DNA from: Felis catus
Taxonomy: Eukaryota
Direction of reading: 5' to 3'
NCBI RefSeq assembly: GCF_018350175.1
Contig: NC_058368.1
Coordinates: forward strand, 36,892,001-36,956,000
DNA: 64,000 nt
This document shows, piece after piece, positions 21,861 through 34,699 of this stretch. The notes beneath the pieces were generated by a model. That model was not told the origin of the DNA. It worked only from the letters and a program-made list of their open reading frames with translations, and did no database searches. The first letter of the stretch is position 1; each line of letters begins with the position of its first letter. Made by a program: the position numbers and the translations under genes.

Positions 21861-24757
21861 GCCTAGTTCCTGACTTCTATTCATTCTTTCATGTATCTCT
21901 TCCTCATTCAAAAAACATTTATTATGTTCCTGCTATGTTAAAGGTACTTCTTCAGGTCCTGCAATATAGAAATAGTTGAAGAATAATCTCTGCCTTTGGC
22001 AAGCTTATAGACTAACAGAGGAATTAGTCTGTAAATAAACAAATACAATACAATGTTCTGGTATGAGAGAAGATTGTATATGGCACTGTAAGGTAGGAAA
22101 TGTGTTGAATTTGCATTTGTTGAGTTAAAAAAAATGGATCAGTAGCATTTGCTAAATATGTGGCTTTCATTATCAGATTATTTCCATAACAAAAATGTAT
22201 CTTTTTATATTAATTTTACATATGAAAATATATTGAGTACCTATTCATTCTAATTTCTGCCTAAATTAAGCTCTATAATTCCAACATCTAACTCTAATAA
22301 CTTTTTGAGGTGAAATAAAAAATAATAATTTAACATTTTTTGTCTTATTCTGTGTCTTATGTAGCTGTGCTATACTCTCCACAGCCCTCTAAAATGAGGT
22401 TTCTTTTCTTGAAAAGGAAACCATACCTTGGCAGTAGAAAGTCATAAGATGACAAATGGGTTTAAGTCATTTTAGTTCATAGAATTATTAAGATTGAAAA
22501 TGCCTTTGAACTAGATCGTTATTAGTGTCCTTCTAAATAAGAGATTCTATGACTCAGATAACATGAAGAAAATTCTAGACTAGCTTGATAATAGTAGGAA
22601 TTAGTACATAGATTTTTTTTTTTCAGTATTTTTCTATTGCTTGGTTCTTACGGTTACTTTGTTCCCTTGATAGTAGCCTTTTTCTGTTAAAATAAAGGCT
22701 GCCTGTTCAACATGATTATAATAAAAGCTTATATATTATGTTTTCCCTGATGACCTCCCAGCTACAGCAGCATATGGACCTCCTTGTATGGCGAATGTTG
22801 TTGTCAGTGCACTGTAAATGCTCTTTGAGCCAGGCTGTGGCCATCTCCTTTAGGTATTTATCAGCATTGATAAAGTTTAACAGCATTGATTCTAACCTGG
22901 ATCCAGAGGAATGTTATCTTTATAGGTGACTGCATAGGCATTTATGAACCTGCTTTTGATTGAGACAGGTTAAGGAACAGGGTTTGAGGCCTGTTTGACA
23001 TTATAGGGGATGAGACTGGAACTCTGTTGGGCCTTTCTACTGCTGGGAGTAATGGTTGCTGATCATCAGAAGCTAGAGGGACACTGTAATATTGGTATTC
23101 ATCACCCAGGATAAAAGCCTGGCGTTTGTTAACTCTCTGATCCAGACTGAGCAATTTCAAGGTTGTTCCTCTCTATCTCCTGTGACACAGAGCTACAAAG
23201 TTCTCCAGAGTTGGGATTTTTATTAAATCACCTAAGTTAGAATTAGTGTTAGTTACAAACCACTGGGACTATCAGTCATTTCACTTTTTTTTTTACCATG
23301 TCCAACCATCATTTTATATTTGCTTCCAGAAGCTGGCCTTATAAATCTTAATTGAAGGTTTTCTTAGCTACTGAATTTAAGCTGTCACCTATTATAGCTT
23401 CGTTGAAATGTCTATGTCCATTAAAACCTTACTAAAATGCAGTATCTATTACCTTTGTAGCTCACGTTGCATTTATCTCTACAAGCATCATTAATAGGGG
23501 GAGGGTAGATATCTGCTGGCAGCGTAAAGTTCCCTGACAGGTGGCGGTAAGCAGCAATGGCTGGCTTTTCTCTCCCCACAGCTTTAGTTGTATCTTTAAA
23601 TTCCTGGAACTGTAGTTTGCTAGATACAGGATATCTAGAATACATTAAACAAAAGTCAACCTTTGATTTTCATTCCAAGTCATAAAGGGGTAAAATACTC
23701 ATGATCTTTTTCTCAGATGATTCATATTTTAAGAAAGAGCATAAAGTAGTAAAAGTTCAGTTTGTTGGCATAATTCAACTTAGTCTTTGAAAATGTAAGA
23801 AAAAAATGCATACCTAAATTCATGAACAAAGGAATGTGTGTTGATTCTAAATTGCATTTCTGATATTTCCATGTTGAAGCGGATGGAATTTAAATCCAGT
23901 ATGTCTGCCTTGGCATTATTGAATCGTGTTTTAAGCATTTGCTTTCTATAACTAGATTGACTAGGAAATGAACTTGAGAAGGTGAGAATTTCAGATGAAG
24001 ATCTAAAAGTATGACTAAGTGAGAGATTTAAAGTAGAGAGCTGAAAATTATGTAAAATCGACCTTCAGAATACTGCAGCATCAAATATTATCACTGCAGT
24101 GACACCAATCAAAAATATTGTCAAATTCTTTAGTCATGGGGAATAAAAGAATCAAATAGGGTACTTGGATATAAATCAGTGACATGTTCCAGCTCTAAAC
24201 AATTTAGATACTATTAAAGTTTCACAGTTGCTGGCAGGCAGGTCCCAATAAGGGTTAAAACACTTACCAATTGTGATACTCTGTCTTGATAACCTTATTA
24301 ATCCTTCAGAGGCACTAGAGAAAATAGCTAACAATGGAGAACAAGTTATAACTGATGCAATGTGTTTTATCCAGTTGTAATCTCTTCTCAATTATTCAAT
24401 TAAAACCTTTCAGATTTCTTGGTATCATTCATCTCTAAGAGTGTTGGCAGTATTTCTGCAGCTGGTCATTATCAATTTCTCCTCTCCTTTTCTGTCAGTT
24501 ATAATCAGAAGCCCTTCCAGGGCAGGACCTTCTTTGTGTGCTTGCTTCCCTTATATCCCTCATACCTGGTGCAGGGCTCTACCCAGGGCTCTATGTAGAG
24601 GGATTTGTAAATGCAGTTTATTGTGTTGGTGGAGATATTTCTGAGGACACATCAATGGTTAGGAGTGAGTAGGAAGACATTTTTTATTTTTCATTCTTTG
24701 GAAAGACTATGATCTGGAAGTGTAAATAAATATGCATTATCCAATCTGTCTATATCT

Positions 24758-24982
24758 TTTTTTTTAACACTTTTTTTTACATTTATTTATTTTTGAGAGA
24801 CAGAGTGAGACAAAGTGAGAGTGCGGGAGGGGCAGAGAGAGAGGGAGACACAGAATCTGAAGCAGGCTCTAGGCTCCGAGCCATCAGCACAGAGCTCGAC
24901 GCGGGGCTTGAACTCATGAACCACGAGATCATGACCTGAGCCAAAGTCGGATGCTCAACCGACTGAGCCACCCAGGCGCCCC
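24758..24982 (-). mobile_element. Can-SINE
   Basis: TSD ccaatctgtctat[a/c]tct at 24741-24757 and 24982-24998; retains CpGs. Confidence 0.96.
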
Positions 24983-25282
24983 CAATCTGTCTATCTCTTA
25001 GCAATGTTTTTAACAGAAAGCCATCGTCTTTCTTTGTTATCATGTTATTTATGCATATAGAAAATTCCTGTTATATTTTTTATCGTGAATTTCAGAGAAA
25101 CTACTACATTTTTAATAGATATTTTACTGTTTTAAAAACACTTTTTAGAGGGGTCTTTACCTAATTCTAACAGAGATGTTTTTAGAGACAGTAAATACAT
25201 ACAGTGTGTTATACAATTTTTATGTAGTAGAGCTACATGAGATTAATTAAAAAACAATTACTGCATAAAAGTTACTGCTACT

Positions 25283-25850
25283 TATTCATTCATTCATTCA
25301 TTCATTCATTCATTCGACAAGCATTTATAGTCTGGGTGTAGCAGTGAATAAAAGTGTTCCTTATCCTCATGGAACTAATGTGCTTGGCGGGGGGGTGGGG
25401 GTGGGGAAGATATAATAACCAAAACAAATAAAGGATATAGAATATAAATTATGGTAATTTCTGAAGAAAAACATAAAGCAAGTAAGGGTGATCGGGAGTT
25501 TAAGGTAGAGGTGTTGTAAGTTTATGTAGGCTGTCAAAGAAGCCTTTATTGAGAAGGTGGCATTTGATTCAAGACCCTAAGAAGGTGAGGAAGCTCACCA
25601 TTCAGCTCTTTGAGCATGAGCATTGTGGGCAGTAGAACTGAAAGTGCTCAGAGGTAGGAACTGTTTGACAACCAGCCAAGAGGCGAGTGTGACTGGAATT
25701 GAGCAAAAAGGGGGAGAGTAGACAAAGGTGAGGTCATAGAAGGCAGAATGGTTGTGTAATGCCATGCTGGCCCTTTCAAGACAGTTTTCTTTTATTTCAA
25801 GGGAGGCAGGAAGCCACTGGAGGGTTTTGAATATAATCTGAAGATATTTT
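25283..25850 (-). mobile_element. L2 3' remnant with (ttca)n tail
   Basis: (cattcatt)n-cgacaagcatttat, then gagaaggtggcatttga and ggaagccactggagggttttga L2 motifs. Confidence 0.7.
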
Positions 25851-26325
25851 TAGAACTTAGAATAACTGAATGTAGTAGCTTATTAAATCAACAGAATTAT
25901 TGAAGAGGGGAAGATTCTGAATCATATTCTTCTTGGGAATTCTTTGGAATGAAAACTTCCTTTGATAATACTATCAGAAATAGATTATATAGAATCTTTT
26001 ATATTTTATACAAAACTTAGATGTAATAATTTAAAGGGTGGCCATATTCAGATACTCTTGTAGTATCATTGCTCTTTTATTTTAATACGCATGATGTGGA
26101 TCAAAATCTGGAGGGTCCTAAATGATGTGAGGTAAACTATTATCTCTAAAGCAGGGGACCCTCACAGTCTCCCATGGAAACACATTCCATTGCATAGATA
26201 TCAGCATAGATATTGTTGCTGCATAGATATCCGCACCAAGAAACTCCCTTTAGAAGGGATCACTAACGATTTGATAAAAGCAACCGAAAAGTGTGGACAA
26301 GAGTCAAACCAGTTTTCCCTTTAAA

Positions 26326-26545
26326 ATTTTTTTTTCAACATTTATTTATTTTTTGGGGGGGAGAGAGAGAGAGACAGAGCATGAACGGGGGAGGGGCAGA
26401 GAGAGAGGGAGACACAGAATCGGAAACAGGCTCCAGGCTCTGAGCCATCAGCCCAGAGCCCGACGCGGGGCTCGAACTCACAGACCGCGAGATCGTGACC
26501 TGGCTGAAGTCGGACGCTTAACCTACTGCGCCACCCAGGCGCCCC
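26326..26545 (-). mobile_element. Young felid Can-SINE (SINEC_Fc-type)
   Basis: CpG-rich near-consensus body; perfect TSD ccagttttcccttt at 26309-26322 and 26546-26559. Confidence 0.97.
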
Positions 26546-26835
26546 CCAGTTTTCCCTTTTAGGCGAAAGAACTCTGGAGTCATAGGAAACTATACTCATC
26601 TATCTACATATCTATGACAATGAATGAGTTACTTAACTTCCCAGAGCCAAGTTCTTTTCCTCTCTGAAGTGGAAATAATTTTCACATCATATTAGGAAGA
26701 TTCCTTTAAAAATTTAACTAGAAGCTCCCTAAACAATGCTGGCAGTGTTAAGTATACAATAGATTTTGGTTTATTTCCTCCTCGTCCTGACCATCTTACT
26801 CTTATTTTTTTGAATCTTGTGATGGGAGCATTATT

Positions 26836-27379
26836 GTTCTTTTTTTCCCTCCCAGCTTAATTGAGATATAATTGGCATATAACACTGTATAACTTTAATG
26901 TGTACATGCCCTGATTTCATATACATATATATTACAAAATGATTATCACACTAAGGTTAGTTAATATATCTATCTACCTCACATAGTTATACTTGTGTAT
27001 GTGTGTGTGTGGTGAGAACTTTAAAAATCTACTCTTAGCAACTTTCAAACATACAATACAGTATTATTAACTATAGTCACCATCCTGTATGTTACATTCC
27101 CAGGACTTATTCATCTTATAACTGGAAGTTTATATACCCTTTTTGACCACCTTCCCCCATGTCCCCCACTTCTCCCATACTGCACCCTTACCCCTGGCAA
27201 CCTGAAATCTGTTCTCTGTTTCTAGGAGTTTGATTTTTAAAGATTTCACATGTAAGTGATATCATACAATATTTGTCTTTTTCTGTCTGATTTATTTCAT
27301 TTAGCATAGTGCTCTCAATGTCCATCCATACTTTTAGATTTGGCAGGGTTTCTTTGTTTTATATGGTGGAATAATACTC

Positions 27380-27381
<2 letters not shown>
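26836..27381 (-). mobile_element. L1 3' end
   Basis: ttaattgagatataattggcatataacactgta...gatatcatacaatatttgtcttt antisense L1 3' UTR. Confidence 0.88.
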
Positions 27382-27432
<51 letters not shown>

Positions 27433-27434
27433 TG
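27382..27434. repeat. (TG)n microsatellite
   Basis: About 24 uninterrupted TG units followed by a degenerate end. Confidence 0.97.
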
Positions 27435-27454
27435 TAAAACCACTTTTCTTTGGA

Positions 27455-28365
27455 AGAAAACACTTAGGACTTACTCTTTTAACAACTTACCTATATATCA
27501 TACAGCAGTGTTAGCTATAGTCATAACTCTGTACATTACATCTCCAGTACTTACTTATCTAATTGTAAGTTTATACCTTTTGACTGCTTTCCTCTGATTC
27601 CTCCTCTGCGATACGCACCTCTGGCAACCACAAATCTGATCTCTTTTTCTGAGTTTTTTTTCCCTTTTTAGATTCCACATATAAGTGAGATTATATAGTA
27701 TTTGTCTTTCTCTGACTTATTTCACTTAGCATAATGACTTCAAATTCTATCCATGTTGCAAATGATAGAATTTCTCATTTTTCATGGCTGAATAATATTC
27801 CATTGTGTATGTATATACCACAGCTTTTTTATTCATCTATTCATGGATACTTAGGTTGCTATCATGTCTTGGCTATTGTAAATAATGCTTCTGTGAAGAT
27901 GAGGGTGCAGATGTTTTTTCAAGTTAGTGTTTTTGTTACCTTTGTATATATTCCCAAAAGTCAAATTTGCTGACTGGTATGGTAGTTCTATTTTTACTTT
28001 TTTGCAGAACCTCCATACTGTTTTCCAATGTGGTTACACCCATCTACTTTTGAGCCAGCAGTGCGTGAGTGTTCCCTTTTCTCCATATCCTCGCCAACAC
28101 TTTCTACCTCTTCTTTTTGATGATAGCCATTCTAATTGGTGTGAGGCGATAACTCATTGTGATTTTGATTTACATTTCCCACATGATTAGTGATGTTGTG
28201 TACCTTGCCATGTACCTGTTGGCCATGTGAATATCTTGTCAGGTCCCTTGACAATTTTTTAATTGGATTATTTGTTTGATTGCTGTTAAATTGTGTAGGT
28301 TCCTTATATATTTTGAATACTAACCCTTTATCAAGTATGTGGTTTGCAAATATTTTCTCCTATTT
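27455..28365 (-). mobile_element. Second L1 segment (3' UTR and ORF2 C-terminus)
   Basis: gattccacatataagtgagatt...gatagccattctaattggtgtgagg...tttgcaaatattttctcc. Confidence 0.88.
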
Positions 28366-28679
28366 CATTCATTTGGAGCACCTTGATTCTTCCCCTTTCG
28401 TATCCTACTTGGGCATCATGGCATTTATGTCTGGAAGGAAGCATGAGGGGCTTCTACTTCAACAGTCCATCTAAAGCTTAGCTGCCAACTAAATACAAAT
28501 TATAGATTTGTCAACCAGAAATTGAGAACTTAACTATGTCCATAATATTAGCCATCTCACTTTTGGAAAATTGAGGTAGTTTATTGTAGCATTAAGTTTG
28601 CATTTATTAGGTCAAAGTCCATCTTCTGGGGCCAGTCAGGAGAAAAATTCTAATATCTTTAGATGTGACAGCCTTACGA

Positions 28680-29165
28680 GTTTTGAAAGCATCTGAAATA
28701 TTTGTAGAATTTCTCTTCTGACAACATCTTTTGCCTCTTCAACTAATCTTTGCATAACATGGCTTTGTTTCTTCTCATCTTTTTGATGACTTCCCTTTGA
28801 ATGTATTCCAGTTTACCTCCCTTCTTGAAGAGTGTGGCTTAGATGTGGTTTGATATAGAGGTGATAGAATGGAATTATTATTTCCCTTGATCTGGACAAA
28901 ATATTCTATTAATGCAGCCAAGAACTGCATTAGCTCTTTTGGCACCCACTACTCAGTGTTGATTTATATCAAGCTCCCTGTCAATTAATCCTACTGGGAC
29001 TTTTTTATTTATATTCTTGGTAAGCTAAGCCTTTGACATCCATATAAGTTTAGTTGCTGTTTGGAATGAAAGAAAGGATTCCACATTTTTTCTAATTAAA
29101 TTTCATCTTGTGAGTCCATTGTTCCACCTTTTGGGATCTTTTTGGGTCCTGATTCTATCATCTTT
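28680..29165 (-). mobile_element. L3/CR1 LINE reverse-transcriptase remnant
   Basis: ttcccttgatctggaca...ttctattaatgcagccaagaactgcattagct...ttaaatttcatcttg...gatctttttgggtcctgattctatcatc. Confidence 0.8.
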
Positions 29166-29557
29166 TAGGAATTAATAATTTTAGAACTGAGCTCAAATAG
29201 TCTAGTAATATTCTTTTAAGGACTATTCTTTAAAAGCCTGCCTTCAGAAACTACCAAGGAATTTTAAAAGCTGGTTTATTATAGAAAGTAAAAGAATTGA
29301 TCTGGGTAGCACCCATACAGGATTTCAAGCCTGGGCTCTGCCACTCTCCACTGGAATTTACTTAGTTAACAGATTTAGCAATGTGACACATTATCCTAGG
29401 CACTTAGGACAGATCAGTAAGTGATACAGACAAAAACACTTGTGTTTCAGGAGCTTCTAGCAGAAGAAGAAACCTTGGAAAAGTAATATATATATGCTCT
29501 CCATACCTAAGTTTTCTTAACTGAAAATGTAAATAAATATACTACTCCATAAAATTG

Positions 29558-30058
29558 TATATTTGTCAGTGTTCTCCAGAAAAACAGAATAAATAGGATG
29601 TATATATACACTTAAGAGTATAGTAATTTATTATGGATAATTGGCTCACGTGATTATGGAGGCTAACAAGTCCCCTAATCTGCAGTCAGCAAGCTGGGGA
29701 CCCAGGAGGGCTGACAGTATAGTTCTAGTTGGAAGGCTGACAGGCTCAAAACCCAGGAACAACCAGTGTTTCAATTTGAGTCCAAAATCAAGAAAAAGCT
29801 AATGTGCCAGTTTGAAGGCTGTCAGGGAAGAGGAATTCTCTCTTACTTGGTGAACAGTCAGTTTTTTTGTTCTATTTTGGCCTTTGATTGGATGGGGCCC
29901 ACCCACGTTAGGGAAAGCAATCTGCTTTGCTCAGTCTGTCAATTTAAATGTTAATATCCTCCAAACACTTCCTCACAAAAACGTGCAGAATAACGTTTGG
30001 TCAAATATCTGGATACCTTGTTGTCCTGTCAAATTGATATATAAAATTAGCTACTACA
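29558..30058 (-). mobile_element. MLT2-type ERVL solo LTR inserted into a MIR
   Basis: gtcagtgttctccagaaaaacagaa...ttggctcacgtgattatggaggct...ataaaattagctactaca; approximate TSD aattg/aatgg; MIR text continues on both flanks. Confidence 0.85.
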
Positions 30059-31224
30059 AATGGTGGTGAGGATTATTGCAGTTATTGTATATAAAGGGTT
30101 TTAGCATAGTGAACTCTTAAGTAATGATGGTTATTATTTGCATGAAGTGCTTTTTTCAAATCACCTCTCCCCTGTTAAGAACGGAGTCATTGCTCTCTGG
30201 TGCTCACACAGTAATTTTGACACTCTATTGGAATGAGATTCCATTTGCTATTTGGTCCTGGGAAGTAATCAAGTTATAGTGTATTGTTGGCTAATAGCTG
30301 TTTCTCTGCTAGTGCCTATTTCAGGGCTCTGTGAAAACTTACTCTCTGCCTCACATGTTTGAGGCAAGGGAATCAACTGCAGACATCTTGCTGCCATCTG
30401 GACAAGCCTACAATGATGAAATAGTTATGAAGGTGTCTGATTCTTTCAATAATTTTTGGCAGTGCTTCCTTTTTAAAGAAAATACAAGATTTGGAAAGGT
30501 TTAAAAAAGACTGAAAGGTAGGTTCTTTCCCCCCCCCCCCCCCCCTCACCTCTTTTCTGAACTCACTGCAGGAGTAGTTCACTTGACTTACAGCTCACTC
30601 AGTAATTATCATTTCAGGGTAAGACTGACTCATAATACTGCCAAATAATTCATACGTGTAAAAATGCCGGTTGCCTCATTTACTTGTTACACTAACACTT
30701 GTCAACCTCAGCAGCAGCTTTCAGCTCTGTTAAATGTTGTTTAAATGTGAGGGATCTAAAATGAAATTGAAGCACCCTGCATTTGATAATAAATCAAATA
30801 TGAATTTAATACTCTACTCAAAGGCAGCATGGTTAGTAAGGCTGGAAAGTAAAACTGACAGATTTTATGCGTTGACTGCAGTGAGGATTTGATTGGGATT
30901 CTGATTATCTTTTAAAGGTTGAAATCTAATGATTTTTAAGAATTACATATGAGAAAAATATTTTGGAGTAAATTATATCGAACTACCATTAATAAATGAT
31001 GAAAATATGTGAAAGAAAAATTACTTTCTAGAGGGAAACAAGCACTATCAAATTGTAAACTTTGTATTTTGTTTTACTTTTCATTATGAGAAGTTTCATC
31101 CATAGTAAAGGTAGAAATAAAAATATTTGTGTCAAGTATATTCAAGTATATTAGTATTTTGCAATATTTGCTTACCTACTTTTTTAAACTTCATTTTTAA
31201 ACTTATGTTTGGTCTGTATTTTTT

Positions 31225-31269
31225 TAAGTTTATTTATTTCGAGAGAGAAAGAGTGAGTAGGGGAGGGGC

Positions 31270-31307
<38 letters not shown>

Positions 31308-31430
31308 TCCCAAGCAGGCACTGTGCAGTCAGTGCGCAGCCTGACGTGGGCTCCGTCTCATGAACCATGAGGTCATGACCTAAGGCCATACCAACAGTTG
31401 CATGTTTAACTTACTGAGCCACCCAGGCCC
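31225..31430 (-). mobile_element. Can-SINE
   Basis: TSD ggtctgtattttt at 31211-31223 and 31437-31449. Confidence 0.93.
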
Positions 31431-31621
31431 TACGTCGGTCTGTATTTTTAAGGCATCATTTTAATTAGACATAAAAAACTTTACCTTTTTCTAATGCATA
31501 GCTGTAAGTGTAGGACATTTAAAAGCAGAAAATATTTTACTTTTTGTTTTTCCTGGGGAGAGGTAAAGTCTCACCAAAGTTAAGCAATGTACAGAAATTG
31601 GTAGCCTTTACCGTAATTTAA

Positions 31622-31803
31622 TTTTTTTACTTTAATGTTTTGGTTTATTTATTTTGAGGGGTCGGGGGGGAGGCTGGCAGAGGGAGAGGGAAGGAGAGAG
31701 AATCACAAGCCTCACATGGGGCTCGATCTCACAAACCACAAGATCATGACCTAAGCCAAAATCAAGAGTAGGATGTTTAAGTGACTGAGCCACCTGGGTG
31801 CCT
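31622..31803 (-). mobile_element. Can-SINE (internally deleted)
   Basis: Antisense head gactgagccacctgggtgcc; central segment shortened. Confidence 0.88.
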
Positions 31804-32069
31804 TATACTATAATTTTTAATAATTTTTAAGTGAGGAATTGACTACTTCTATAGTTTTCTCTGGTTGTTTTTCCTAATTGCTCCCATAAATGAAAATTCT
31901 TCCCAAATAGGTGAGTATGATGAGTCTCAATAAGAAGAAGCAAAGGGTACTGCTGTTCTAAGAAAGCCTTTAGCAAAGCTTTTCCAGGACGTACCTTTGT
32001 GTACACAAGGCAGGTAAGGGCTAGCTGACAGTGTAGTGGGGTGGATTTGTGGCCCCTGGTGGGGGGCAA

Positions 32070-32290
32070 ATGGCAGTGTTAGAGCCACATGGATGATGTA
32101 TGAATTCTGGGTCTGATTCTTAAGTGGTCAGTTGCCTTTGGGCCGATCACAGCTCTGCTAAGCCACAGGTGTCTCCATATCTGTAACGTGAATGTAATAA
32201 TATCTGCCTCATGGGACTGTTGTGAGGAGTAGCTACAATAGGGAAAAGTTTGTTGTAGGTACTCAGTAATGGCAGCTAGCCGATGTTGTT
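32070..32290 (+). mobile_element. MIR SINE remnant
   Basis: tgaattctgggtctg...catatctgtaacgtg...taataatatctgcctcatgggactgttgtgagga. Confidence 0.7.
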
Positions 32291-32781
32291 GTTTTTTAAA
32301 ATGCTATAATAGAAAGCATATTCATGAAGTTTGCAGACATAGGGAGGTCGTATCAAATCTCTCCTTCCCATTTGCTGCCGTGTGTCCTTGGGCGTGTCCC
32401 TCAGCCTCACAGTACCCCCAGTGTCCTTGGCTCATAAGTGGGTTTAACACAGTCTACTCCCTCAGCATTGTTTTGGGGAGCTAGTATAAATGCCGTGGCA
32501 TATAGTGACTCCTAATAACTTATTCAAAGTCTTTTGCAGTGTTAATTGACCAGTTTCAATCTCTCACGGTATATTTGCAGTTTAATGATATGAGGCTTAG
32601 TCTTCTTGATATTTTTGCCAATATTTTGGTAAAGATGTAAAGAACAGGTATATAAAACTTGAAAATAGCTAAGTTTAGACTAGAAACTTATCAGTAGTCT
32701 AGAATGTAGGTTAAAACCAACAAAATAAAATTTATAGGGGAAAAACTGATTAGCATGGTAGTTTTAGCTGACTCTCATTTT

Positions 32782-32896
32782 GTATAAACTTTTTGTTTTT
32801 TTTCTAAAGTAGGCTCCAGGCCCAGTGTGGGCTTGAACTCACAACCCCCGAGATCAAGAGCCGCATATTCCACTGACTGAGCCAGCCAAGTGCTCC
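32782..32896 (-). mobile_element. Short older tRNA-Lys-like carnivore SINE
   Basis: cttgaactcacaacccccgagatcaagag...gactgagccagccaagtgctcc; TSD tgactctcatttt at 32769-32781 and 32898-32910. Confidence 0.88.
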
Positions 32897-33088
32897 ATGA
32901 CTCTCATTTTCTTAAGAGCCAACCATGTGACTACCAAAAAAATATTTTATTTTAGGCTAATTAATTCAGGTGTGAACTGTGGACTAAGGGATATAAAGGT
33001 TGCTCTGTAGCTAAACTGGTCAGACCAATCTGGAATTTTGTGTTTTTACCAGGATTCCACGTTTTATGAAGGTGGTAAAAAGGCTAAG

Positions 33089-33298
33089 CAAGGTTTCTCA
33101 ATTTTGGCACTGTTGATATTTTGAGGGAACAGCTGTCCTGTGCATTGTAGATGATTAGTAGTATCTCTGGCCTCTACCCACTAGATGCCAGTAGAATCTT
33201 CAGTACCCCCTCCCGGACCCAGCATGACAACAAAAAATATCTGCAGACATTGCCAAATGTCCTCTGTGAGGCAAAATCACCCTGGTTGAGAAGCAACC
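33089..33298 (+). mobile_element. MER20 (hAT-Charlie MITE)
   Basis: ggtttctcaattttggcactgttgatatttt...ctgtcctgtgcattgtag...ctggcctctacccactagatgccagtag...cagacattgccaaatgtcc...ctggttgagaa. Confidence 0.88.
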
Positions 33299-33462
33299 TC
33301 CTGCTGGAGGATAGTGAAAATGAAGGTCCTAAGGAAAGTGAAGGGTTGAGAAGGTGTGATTAAGAAGGATGATAAGGCCAGGTGCCCTTCATTCCAAAGA
33401 CTCCACTAGTTCCATAATTTTATTTTGTTTACATTTTGGTCTCTTTTAAAATCGGTCTTCCT

Positions 33463-33650
33463 GGGGCACCCGGTGGCTCCATCAGTTAAGCATCTGACTC
33501 TTGGTTTTGGCTCAGGTCATGATCTCGTGGTTCATGGGTTCCAGCCTGTTGGGCTCCATGCTGACATTGTGGGGCCTGCTTGGGATTCTTTCCCTCTCAT
33601 TCTGCCCCCCCCTCCCTCAAAATAAATAAATAAGCATAAAAAAAATATAG
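33463..33650 (+). mobile_element. Can-SINE
   Basis: ggggcacccggtggctccatcagtt head; degenerate TSD taaaatc[g/t]gtctt. Confidence 0.92.
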
Positions 33651-34596
33651 TAAAATCTGTCTTTCCATTAAACTGAACTGTTGGCGGTCAGGGCTTGTGT
33701 TATATTTTTTAATTTTTGTTTTTAGCATGAGGAATTGCTCATGGTACATTCTAGGTTCTCAATATTTTATAAAATAAAGTGAACTAAACTGGAGAAGAAA
33801 TGACTTGATGTGGACAGTTACTGAAAAGACATTTTTAGATACTTGGAGAGCTGCCAAAAGGAAGATTATATTAGACTATTCTATGGAAGAGAGATGGGGT
33901 GCTTCTGCAGAGGGCAGAGCTAATAGCAATGGAAAAAAGTTATGGAGACATATATTTCACTTCATTTTAAGGTCACACTTTTAAACAATATCTTATTTAG
34001 CAGCAGCAATTTTTGAAATCATCTTGATTCACATTGCAATGAGAGTGTTGTGTAATGTAGCTACATTATTACTAGGATTCTGAGATATGTAACTTTGTGA
34101 GCTTTATGAAAATATTCATGAAGTACAAAATTTTTGGTTTCTCTATTTAAAACGGTCTAAATTTGTATTAACAACTCTTAAATAATTGAAAATAAAGCAT
34201 GTGGACAGAGACATAAGAAAAAAGTAAGAGAAAGGAAAGAAAAGAATATTTCCTTTTTAAATATATTTTGGAACTTTTTTGATGTGTAGTGAAAATAAGA
34301 GGAAACATCTATTGAATGCTCACTGTATCACCGTCATTATGCTGTGCTTTAAAAATACATTTTCATTTAATCCCTACAACACCTCAATGAAATAGGTATT
34401 TTTATTTTTCCCATTTGTACATGAAGACAAAATAATTTTTAATTACAGAAGATAAGCCTTTAAAAAAAACTAGTAGAGTTTATAAATAAAGTATGTATTT
34501 TCTTCAAAGTTGTTACTTTGGAAGTAGGTATTGAACTTTTTATTTATTTCAATAATTTGTCAGTCCTGTTAACAATTTTGGAATTGTATTGGAATT

Positions 34597-34699
34597 CTGT
34601 CAGCACAGAGCCTGATGTGGGGCTCAAACCCACGAACTGTGAAATCATGACCTGAGCCGAAGTCGGATGCTTAACTGACCGAGCCACCCGGACGCCCCC
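34597..34699 (-). mobile_element. Can-SINE 5' half only
   Basis: ctgtcagcacagagcctg...gagccacccggacgcccc; the CT tract and A tail are absent. Confidence 0.9.

Noticed and set aside
26191..26232. Three spaced copies of gcatagatat
   Set aside because: A short local slippage repeat with 2-8 nt gaps; not CRISPR-like and without evident function.
26293..26599. Recurring ORFs such as ...ERGRGRERGRHRIGNRLQALSHQP... and MAQ.V...TSAQVMIS... across the window
   Set aside because: These are translations of Can-SINE consensus, not genes.
30411..30440. ATGATGA...CTGA resembling C/D snoRNA boxes
   Set aside because: The boxes are under 20 nt apart, far too short for a snoRNA, with no room for guides or C'/D' boxes.
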